The position numbers and the translations under genes were made by a program. DNA of 63,969 nucleotides, counting the filler, from an uncultured bacterium (lineage in GTDB: Bacteria > Auribacterota > CAZIXI01), in assembly GCA_964543115.1 (NCBI GenBank). It is 3 parts of 3 records of this genome, joined end to end, with 100 filler letters (N's around TTAATTAATTAA, not from the genome) between each part and the next. Parts side by side here need not be neighbours in the genome. Positions count along the whole stretch, not along the records: positions 26,137 to 51,330 come from CAZIXI010000016.1; 2 more parts are not named here. One strand, 5' to 3'. Below, piece by piece: positions 30,773-41,100 of this stretch (the stretch's first letter is position 1; each line of letters opens with the position of its first letter). The notes under the pieces were generated by a model. That model had not been told where the DNA came from. It ran no database searches and worked only from the letters and a program-made list of their open reading frames with translations.

Positions 30773-32005
30773 TTATAATCCCTTATTCCTTTCCCCTGCC
30801 AATTTTCGCAACTTTCTTATTGTATCCAAAGTGTACCGCTTATTCAATAAAGGAAAAATCGTGTTATTGTGCCAGAGCGGATCGAGGTCTACTGCCAAGC
30901 GACCCTCACTCAGCCAACGCTGGTGATCAGCGGAACCGGGCACCAGCGAATAGGCGCTGATTTTAACCGGTACTTTGGCCACCGCGGTAACAAACTCAAT
31001 ATCCCGCAGCACATCTTCCGGCCCATCATCCAGAGAACCAAACATAGTATACACACCCAGCTCTTCAGCCGTAAACCCCGCTTGCCGTAAATATCCCACT
31101 GCCCGCAAAAACTCCTCATTAGTTACCTTATTATCTCTGCGTTCCGCCGCAGAGGTCTCTAATCCCAGCCGCACCGTTTTAAATCCCGCCCGAAACATCA
31201 ACCCGGCTGTTTCCTGATCCAAAAACCGCGCGTGAATAGCGTTGGGCAAATGAAAATTACAGTTAAGCTCTAGGGCAATTATCTTTTCCAGTAGCGGCTT
31301 AAAATGCCGCTCGGCATTGACCAGCAGGGCATCATCATAAAAGGCCGCATTACGCGGAGAAAAATACTTTAGTTCCGCCACTACCTCATCCGGATCGCGC
31401 TGACAAAAACCACTCCTAATCAGTTTGGCCCCACAATAACTGCAATTAAACGGACAACCAAAACTGGTCTGAATTGCCATAACCCCGCTAGCCGCTAAGA
31501 GATCCCAGGCCGGATAAAAACCCGCACCATTAACTTCAGTAACAATTTTATCCGCCCCGGAATAGCGTTGGGCATGCTCCCGGCACAAGCTAGCATAAAT
31601 CCCGCCTAAGCTTATCTCCACCTCCGGCCAGACCCGCCGCACCTGCCTGATTACCTCCTGCACCCCCAGATACCAGTAGGTCATTCCCGAACCAACAAAC
31701 ACCCTGTCCGGCGGTTCCATTCCGCCAAGATAGTTCCGCAAACTCTCAGGCGCCACACCATAGCGCAAATACGGCCGCCCAACCTGCCTAAGTAACTCTG
31801 GTTTAGGCACTTTAGTCTTTGAGAAGCGACCACAGCCATATTTGTCCGGCCGGCGATAATCCAGACAATCAAAAAAACTGACCTCATTCCCCTGTTGCCG
31901 CAGCACTGCCGCTACGCGTAACAGTCCCAGCGGCAGCAACCAGAAATTATAGGCGCTGAAATCATAAATCCAGGGATTAATTAATAAGACAGATTTTCCC
32001 TTCAC
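30773..32005 (-). CDS. B12-binding radical SAM protein
   Basis: N-terminal LLINP...PLGL cobalamin-binding-like domain, GCPFNCSYC motif, FYDD, LGLET; start GTG 32005 chosen from promoter position. Confidence 0.88.
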   Translation of the reverse strand: MKGKSVLLINPWIYDFSAYNFWLLPLGLLRVAAVLRQQGNEVSFFDCLDYRRPDKYGCGRFSKTKVPKPELLRQVGRPYLRYGVAPESLRNYLGGMEPPDRVFVGSGMTYWYLGVQEVIRQVRRVWPEVEISLGGIYASLCREHAQRYSGADKIVTEVNGAGFYPAWDLLAASGVMAIQTSFGCPFNCSYCGAKLIRSGFCQRDPDEVVAELKYFSPRNAAFYDDALLVNAERHFKPLLEKIIALELNCNFHLPNAIHARFLDQETAGLMFRAGFKTVRLGLETSAAERRDNKVTNEEFLRAVGYLRQAGFTAEELGVYTMFGSLDDGPEDVLRDIEFVTAVAKVPVKISAYSLVPGSADHQRWLSEGRLAVDLDPLWHNNTIFPLLNKRYTLDTIRKLRKLAGERNKGL

Positions 32006-32012
32006 GGCTATC

Positions 32013-32041
32013 ATCTTACAGATAAATATCTTACGCGTCAA
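32013..32041 (-). promoter_or_regulatory. Sigma70 promoter of the radical SAM-dpp operon (leaderless)
   Basis: TTGACG-17 nt-TAAGAT, 7 nt before GTG 32005. Confidence 0.65.
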
Positions 32042-32061
32042 ACAAAAAAAACCGCCCACCC

Positions 32062-32090
32062 TTGACACCACCCCACCCCCATGGCATATT
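32062..32090 (+). promoter_or_regulatory. Sigma70 promoter of the giant gene
   Basis: TTGACA-17 nt-CATATT with TGn extension; back-to-back with the divergent promoter. Confidence 0.65.
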
Positions 32091-32099
32091 GAAGTGAAA

Positions 32100-32150
32100 A
32101 GCCTGGGGGGGCCAATAATGGCAGTCCCCAAGCATAGCCTGGGGGGGCCA
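32100..32150 (+). promoter_or_regulatory. Structured 5' UTR with a 15-nt direct repeat, putative translational switch
   Basis: AGCCTGGGGGGGCCA at 32100-32114 and 32136-32150; central CCCCAAGC can pair with either copy. Confidence 0.55.
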
Positions 32151-35100
32151 TGAAGAGGCTAGTAATCCTGACAACGGTAATCGCGTTTCTGTTTAATAGT
32201 GTTTCCTACGGATACATCAGCCGGGAAACACCATTAGCTAATCTTTCCACCACCAACTATCAAATTCCTAATCTCCCAGCCGCTCTCGGTGTAATCAGTG
32301 ACAAGTGGCTGCCGGAAAAATCCGCTAAAGCCAAAATACCCTTAGTTATTCATATCCAGGATGCCCACTGCGTTTACGAGGCCCAGCGCAATATTGCCTC
32401 AATCCTTAAGTTCCTGAATAAACACTCACCCCTTAATATATATGTAGAGGGCAGTAACGGCCCCCTGGACCTTTCCCTGCTAAGAAGTATCCCCTATCCC
32501 GATATTCGCGCTGCGGTAGCGGATAATTTAATGAAAAAAGGAATGATCTCCGGGGAAGAATACTTTGCCTCCACCACAGAGAACGCCCCGTTTATTTACG
32601 GCGTAGAAAATAAAAAACTCTATGAAAACAATCTGGCGCTTTTCCGGCAGGTACTCAGTGACAGTGAAAAAAACAGGCAGCAACTTAACGAAAAACTATC
32701 CGTGCTGGAACAACAACAAAAAGAGTCATTCAATAAAAACCAGCGGCGCTTCCTGAAAAACTATTTTGCCTACCGGCAAAACAAAATCAGCCAGAAATAC
32801 TATATCAATTATCTATCCGCGAAACCCGCCTGCCTGCCCCAGCCGGAAAATATTTCTGTTTATCTTAAGATCCAGCAATTACAGAATAGCTATGACACCG
32901 ATAAAATTAACCGCCAGCGGGAAGAACTGTTAAAGAAACTCCTGGCCAACTTGAAAAAAACTGAACTCACCGCCCTGATTCAGGCCGGCAATGAATTCCG
33001 CCGGGGAACACTTACCGCCGCGAATTTTTATCAATTAATCCACACCCTTGCCCGGAAACAAAACATTAATTTGGCCGCCTATTCTGATTTAACCCGCTAT
33101 ACAAAAGCACTGCAATTATACGGTAATCTCCAGATTAAAAAGCTAACCGCTGATATCGAAACACTGGAACAAAGGACGATAGAAAGATTATTTACCGCTA
33201 ATACCGAAAAGGCCTTAATTAACAGTATCTTTCACTTCAGTCAGCTGAAAAACCTGCTGGAGCTCAAATGCAACCGGGAACAGATCGCTAAACTCAAGCG
33301 ACAAAAGAATAAATTGGATCCCGGCGCCCGGCAGGCCCTTAAATTTTATCAACTGGCCCTTAAACGGGACAAGGCCCTGGTAAAAAACCTGCTGCGGCAC
33401 AAGCGCGAGGCAAACGATCCGGTAATCCTGATTACCGGCGGTTTTCATACCGCAGGAATCAGCGAACTGCTGAAAGAAAGAGGCATCCCTTATATCAGCA
33501 TTATTCCCAAAATAACAAAAACAGTCGATGCCACCCTCTACACCGAGAGAATGCTCAAAAAAAAAACTGAGATCGCCCGCCTTTTCAGCCAGCCGCTGCT
33601 GAATAATCTCCGGCCGCCGTCATTCTTCAGCTCCATCACCGACAAATATGATATCTATTTAATGCTGGAAACCACCATTCTCAAGGCCGCCGCCGAATAC
33701 CTGTCCCGGGCCTGTCAGCGGGGCCGGGATCTGGAAGAGGCCAAGATTGAGATCTTCGCCCAGTGGTCAAACAAATACCTGGAGGAATGGAAAAAAAGCG
33801 GCAAAAAAGATCAGCTGATCAAACCCGGCGAATTCACCGCTTACCTGAAAAAACTAGTTTACGGCCTGGAGCTAACCGGCGCTATTATCTTTGAAGTTTC
33901 TGCCCATGGTAAGGTATTTGAGATCCAGCGCACGCGCAGCGACCAGGACTGGCAGATCATTATCAAACGCAACGCCGAAATCCAGCCGGAATTCATTAAA
34001 GATCCCGCTGTTCCCTGGAAAGGATTCCTCCACAAAAACGGCACCATCACCATCAACCTGGCCCATCACCGGTCAAAACTTGATCTGCTGGCCACCTGGA
34101 TCCACGAACTGGCGCACCTGGGCTGGTTCTCCCTGCTGAAGACCACTAACGATAAAGAACTCTATCTCAGAATACGCGGAGAAGTTTTTACCATCCTCGA
34201 AAAACGTCTGGGCACGGAATACTGGCAGCGGGAAAAAGCAAATTGGCGGGCCGCCCCGCCGCAGCGCATCCTTAATGAGGCCTTTGCCATCTTCGCGGCC
34301 AGACATATAATACGGAAAATCCTCCGGCGAACGGCAGACACTCAATGGACAAGCGAACTTGAACTGCTAACCTGGGCACTGCCGCCCATGGCGGACATCA
34401 GCAATGCCATGCAAATAACACTATCCCAACATCTGGATGAAGAAAACGATCTTAGTTCAATCTTTGGCACAATACCCGGAATAGGAAATTTCATCAAAAC
34501 CCTCGGGCTGAACGACCTGAATTACCTTAAACACTGCGACCCCAGTTTCGCCGATTCCGGCATTGCCATGTCCTGCGACCGGATGAAAGTCAGAAGAACC
34601 TATCCGGTTTGGTACCGGGAGGCCTATGCCGACCAGGACATAGACGAAGATGCCTTGGCTGACAAAACTGATGAGGTGGAAGAAGATATTGGCGAGGCCC
34701 TGGATGAATATTCAGATGAACTGGCGGAAGCGAGTGAAGATAATGAAGAAATAGAAACCGATATCAGCGACGAACCCGAACAACATGATATCCGGGAACT
34801 AACCATTATGGCGGTACTGCGTTATATCGATGAAGGAAAAAAGATCGCTGATTTTGAGAATCTGGTAAATGCCGTTACTACCGCCTTAACCCAGGGAATT
34901 GGCGGTGAGAAACCGGTACTTAAACAACAAGAAGCGGATGCCGTCAGAGAAATGCTCAGAGAATCCGGTAAATTCAAAGAAATGGCCGAAAAAACAGAAA
35001 GTGAATTCGGTCCCTTAAAAGAAAAACGAGACACCCAGAAAAAGAAACGGGCGGAAGAAGAAGCGGCAACTGAGGTGACCACCGAGGCAACCGGCGCCGC

Positions 35101-38100
35101 TAAAAAAGTTATTCATGAGCTTAGCAAGCCGGGCAGCACCACCAAAATGATCCTCATGCTGCTCATTCCCACCGTGCTCCTGGCCCTACTTGCACCTAAA
35201 CTGCTGCCTTACCTATGTATTGCCCTGGTGCTGGGTATGGCATTAATGCCTAACAGCCCAAATCCGCCCGGCGGCGGGGAAAGCGCGTCAGAACTTATTG
35301 ATAAATACACCATCGACCTGACAGAACTGGCCCGGCAGCAGAAACTAGATGATGCCGCCTTTCTAGAAAACAAGGCCAGCGCCATCCAGGACCGGTTAAA
35401 AATGTCCGAGGCCAACAACGCCATCCTGGTGGGTGACCCCATCATTGGTGAAGGACTGGTCTATGCCCTGGGAACAAGGTTCTACACCGGCAGCGGTATT
35501 TATCCGGAAATGAAAGGGGTTCGACTCCTGGAACTGAATATGCCCTTATTTATTGACCAGTTAGGTGTACCAGGAATGTTGGAAACTGAAGTGGCCAAAT
35601 TATTAGAGACAATCGCTGAACAGGCAAAATCAGAAAAGATTGTGCTTTACGTTAATTTTCAGGATATCGCCCATATTGCCAACATTAAGTCAGAAGTTCT
35701 CTCCAGTGTAAAGTTTCTCTTGAAAGAGGTTATTGATAATAGTGAGGTACCGGTAATCGGCCTGGCGGACGAAGCCAATTATGTAAGATATTTCCGGGAC
35801 AGTGAAATGCGCCAGAGTTTCGGGGAAATCAAACTGGAATCACCGCCCCATTATAACATCGTAAAACGCCTGAAAGAATTCCGCCGCCGTTTCGCCCAGG
35901 TCTATAAAGAGGACCTGCCGGAAGGGATTAGAATCACCATTAAAAACGATACCATTGATGAAGCGATCCGCATCGTGCAAAAATATATCCCTTACGGTAC
36001 AATGCCCAATAAGGTACAGGAAATCCTGGACAGCATTATCAGCGAACGACTCTACCAACAGGAATCCCTCAGAGTCAAAAAAATCGATCTTCGTAAAAGA
36101 CTGGCCCGCGCGACAAATAAATTACTGGCCGCTTATAAAGCGGAACAAAAAGACACTATCAGCATGCTAAGAGCTGCAATTAACCGGTTCGAAGAAGAGT
36201 ACCAGATGCTTTTGGAAGAAGAAGAGGAATTGAACGAATTCCTGGCAAAACTGCAAGAAACAAATAAATGGGAAATAACCATAGCTGAAATTATTGATAG
36301 GATAGCGGAGGAAAGCGGCATTCCCGCCGCCGCTATTAAGAAAAAACCCAGTGAACAAGTGCAGAATTTCGCCGCCACCATTAAATCCACCCGGGTTATC
36401 GGCCAGGATCATGCCGTAGACAAGGTACATGAAATGCTGAACCTGCGCTATTCCGGAGTTGGCGATGACCAGAAACCCATTATGAGTGCTATCTGTACCG
36501 GCCCCAGCGGTGTGGGTAAAACAGAACTTGCTAAGGCCGTGGCCGAACAACTGTTTGGTGATCCGGACGCGGTAATCCGTTTTGACATGAGTGAATACAT
36601 GGACAAATTCAGCCGCAGCCGTCTGCGCGGCGCGCCGCCCGGCTATGTTGGTTTTGACAAGGGCGGACAATTAACCGAAGCGGTACGGAGAAATCCTTAC
36701 AGCGTTCTCCTGTTCGATGAAATAGAAAAGGCCCATCCGGAAGTCTATAACCTTTTCTTACAGATCCTGCGTGAGGGCCGGCTTACCGACAGTAAGGGCC
36801 GGGTAGTGGATTTCACTAACACGGTAATTATCATGACCAGCAACCTGGGCATGAACGAACAGATTTACAATCTTTATGACTTTTATGAAGAATTCATTGA
36901 ACTGTTTGCCGAAACGCCGCCGGAACTCATCTGGGCCTATCAGAACCGTAATTATCTAAAGAAAGATGATTTGGGCATTTATAAAACAAAGTTAATGGCA
37001 CGTTTAGTCCAGGGAGGAAAGGATTTAGATGATGTCTTGCCAAAATTAGATGAAACAGCGCAAACTGAATTCGTCAAAGACCAAAAAAGACTTATTAAAT
37101 TCCAGAAAATGTTCAAGCGCTTCCGGGGACTGTTTAAAGATAATTTCGATTCCGCCCTGGAGCACTGCGTAAAACACGGCCACGAAAAACTCGAACAGAA
37201 CCTGAAAGCATCCCTGGACTCCTTTATCGATGAAGCGGTACGAGATTTCTTTAAACCGGAATTCCTCAGCCGGGTAGACGCGATTGGCGGTACAATTATT
37301 TTTAATAAATTGGATCCAGCCGCCCTGGCCAAAATACTGGAACTGCAATTAAGCAAACTGCGCGAGCAATTGGCGGAATTAGGCTACGAATTCGAACTAA
37401 GTGCCGAAGTTAAAACATTACTGGTAGAACAAGGATACGACGTATTCAGCGGCGCCCGCGAACTCCTGCGCCAGATAGACAACCTGGTCCTCGCCCCGCT
37501 GGCCCGCGGCTTACTCGATAATCAATTTACCAAGGGATCAAAAATTTACGTCAAACTCGACAACGACACGATAACCTTCGAAGAACAGGAAGCGGAAGAA
37601 CAGCTCTACCAGGCGCCGAAAAGAGGAAGCGCCCTGCGCTTTCTGGAAAGAAGGATCAGAAACAAACTTGACTCCGGGGACGATACGGATTTTGATCAGG
37701 AGATAGTTACTGAGATAACCGGTGAAGAATTACAAACGCAGAGTACGCAGAGAAGCGCAGAGTACGCAGAGAAATATAAAATAGAATATATTGAACCAGA
37801 TATCGATCCGGGCCTGCCGGCACCGTTAAAAGAACAGGCACTGGCCAAGGCCCTGGCCTTCCACAAAGAAACCCTGGCCGCCTTTGCCAATCTAACTGAA
37901 AAATCAGCCGGCAACAGAATTACCGATTCCTTTCCCGCCGCCCGGGACATTAACAGTGTAATGAAAATCTGGAAACAGAAACGGCGCAATTTCCCCTTTC
38001 TCCTGGGCCGGGACCAGCAGGAACTAAAGGAACTGACCGAATCCGTTGCCCGCAGAGGAGTTGATGGTGAAATTAACAAACTGCAAAACACCAGAATCAT

Positions 38101-41100
38101 CCGGCTAAAACTGGAAAAACTAAAAAAATATTTTTCCCTGCCCGGCGGTTTTGAAGATGCCCTCCGCCGGATGATCGACAATATTGAAAAAGACGGTAAA
38201 AATAAAGATGGCCTGCGTACGGTAATCGTTATTAACTACGACGAACTGGCCTCTGAAATAGCCCGTACTCGGGGTACGGTTTTCAGTCTGCCGTTTTTCC
38301 TTAAACTTTTCCGCGCCAAAGAAACCATTTCGTTTATGTTCACCTCAACCAACGAAAACATCGAAGAAACTGAGTCCTTTGAACAATATTTTTCCCTGGT
38401 GCGCCTGACGGATCCGGATCCGGAAAGGGTCTTAGAAGACATGTGGCTGGTACGTAAAGATATCCTGGAAGAAAAAAACCAAGCGCAGGGAGAAGAACAA
38501 GCGGTTACTATCAGTTACGAAGCCATCCAGGAAGCGGTACGTCTATTAAACAAATATTTCCCCGGCTACTCCCGTTCCGCCACAGTCGTTAAATGGTTTT
38601 CTACCATCTACCCTAAAATCATGGGCATCAAAAAACGCCTGCGGGTGCGCCTGGATACAGCCAAAGACAATCTTAGCGAAGAACTGGAAGAAATCCTGCT
38701 AGACGAACAAGATGAATTCCCCATCGACAGTGAATTCCTCACCAACAACCCTAATATCCTGCAATTCCTGCGGGAAATCCTCACCCTGCAGGAAGAAGAA
38801 AAGGAGCAGGTACGTAACAAAATCCTGCCGGAAGATATTGTGGATATTGTCCAACAACAACTGAAAATCCCCACCGATAAATTAAAAGAAGAAGAAAAGA
38901 GCGCCCTACTCACCCTGGAAGATAAACTGCGTGAACGGGTGGTCGGCCAGGAAGAGGCGGTCAACGGCGTAGCTGATGCCTTGCGGATTTCCGCCTGCGG
39001 TCTCCGGCCGCAGCATAAACCGGACGGTGTTTTCCTCTTTGCCGGGCCCATGGGTGTTGGTAAAACAGAACTGGCCAAGGCGGTGGCTGATGTTACGGAC
39101 AAAGAACTGATCGAATACGATATGAGTGATTTCGCCGAGGAGCATACAGTAACCCAGATAATCGGCGCCCCGCCCGGCTACCGGGGTTACGACACCGTTG
39201 AGACACTGGTAGATAAAGTGATTAAAAATCCCAACTGCGTGCTTTTATTCGATGAGATCGAAAAGGCCCATCCCCAGATATTTGACTGTATGCTGCAGAT
39301 CATGGAAGACGGCCGCCTGACAGACAGCCGCGGCAACACCGCTGATTTTTCCAATTGTATCATCATCATGACCTCCAACGCCGGCATGCAGCGTAAATAC
39401 ATTGATAAAGCCGGGATACCTCAGACAGAAAATCTCTATGACGAAATAGGCGAAATTGTACGCACCGGCGATGCCCAAAAGATTAAGGCCCTCAAGAAAA
39501 AAATTAACAAACGGGTTAATGAGGACTTACGCAGCCAGTTCCGGCCGGAATTCCTCAACCGCTTTAACGGCATCGTTACCTTTAATCCCTTTACCCAGGA
39601 CACCATTAAAGAAGTAGTGGTAGTCAACCTGCGTAAGAACCTGGCCCGCATCGAAGAAAATTACGGGATTAATATTGAAATCGGTAAAGACCCGGAAGAA
39701 CAGGAAACAATCTATAATCTGCTTATCCGTAAAGGTTTTAAACCGGAAAAAGGCATTGCCGGCCTGGAAGTGGCCCTACGGGATTATTTGCTGACACCTT
39801 TTACCACCTTTGCCGGAGAGACGGATCTAGCGGATTTTGTTACTCAAAATAAAGATGTAGTAGTACAAATTAATCTCTCTGAAGATGAACTTAGTTTCAC
39901 CATCAGCGAACACACCGCCCGCAGTGAACGCAAAACCGAAATTCGGGATTTGGCGGATACAGAGAAAGCCATCTTTAATAACATGGTGCAGCTCTTAAAC
40001 CGCCGCCAGCAAACCGGCGAAAGCATAAAATCCACTGATCTGGACCGCGCCCTTGATCCCCGCGCCCCGCCCCTGGAAACCCCCGGTAAACCGCTTACCC
40101 TCAGTAATCCCCAGGCACTGGAAACCAGCAACAATAACTTTCGCGCTAAGGACCCCAAGCTAAAAAAGGCCGACTTTGCCCGCATCATGGCCGGGATAGA
40201 CGAAACATACGGAGATAACAAAAAGAAAAAGGCGCTGATCAAAAAATGGCTAAACGCCATGGTTAGGGCGGCAAAAAAGTATAATATCGAAGAAGTCATC
40301 TGGACCAAAGGCAGCCGTCTAATAGATTTTGACAGCCTGCGCGGCGGCCAGCTGACTGAAATATTCAGCGAATTCATCGAGGCTACTGACGCGGAAAAAT
40401 CCGTTAAACTGGAATGGGAAATAGCAGACAGCACGGAATTCCACATTAAAGTAACCTATAATTCCCGTCTCACCGATAAATTCCACCGGTTAATGTTTGA
40501 GCGGGAATTCAGCTCCGACAGAGAAATAGACAACCTGGATAACGCCCGCGCCCTGGCCGGCATTCTCAAGGCCACCAGAAAAATCCGCGAACTGGGCGGA
40601 GAAGTAAACTTTGAATTTGATGAACAAACCGGCACAACTGCTGTCTGGCTCACAGTGCCCTTTGAGAAACCCGCCCCGGCACCCGAAACGAAACCGGCAG
40701 CGCCGGCAGCTACACCGCCGGCAGATACCACTCCCGCGGAAATCACCGCCGCCTGGCTGCTGCAGAACGTTGGCCCAGCACAATCCGCCGGAACTCTGAG
40801 CATAGAAAACACATTAAAGATAGCCAAACCACTTTATGAGACCTGGAAAAAAATCGGTGTACACTATACATTAGGACGAAACACAATTTCAATGGCCCTC
40901 ACCGGTTCACTAGGCATTAAAACTTATTGCCAGGAAAATGACATACCCTTTGATTTTGTTGAAAAAATATTCAACGCTATCGGCTGGCAGATAAAAGATG
41001 ACAAATTAGTTTATGAACAAGAAACTAAAATTGAGTTAGGACAGGTAAACCAAATACTATATCCGCTAAAATGGATCACCTGGTTTATCGGCCAGGCCTC

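Noticed and set aside
32006..32131. ORF-track N-terminal extension of the radical SAM protein
   Set aside because: It runs through both divergent promoters; homology starts at KSVLLINP
36480..39910. ClpP-docking IGF/L loop, or identity with the T6SS ATPase ClpV
   Set aside because: No IGF-like loop is recognisable and no T6SS genes are present in the window
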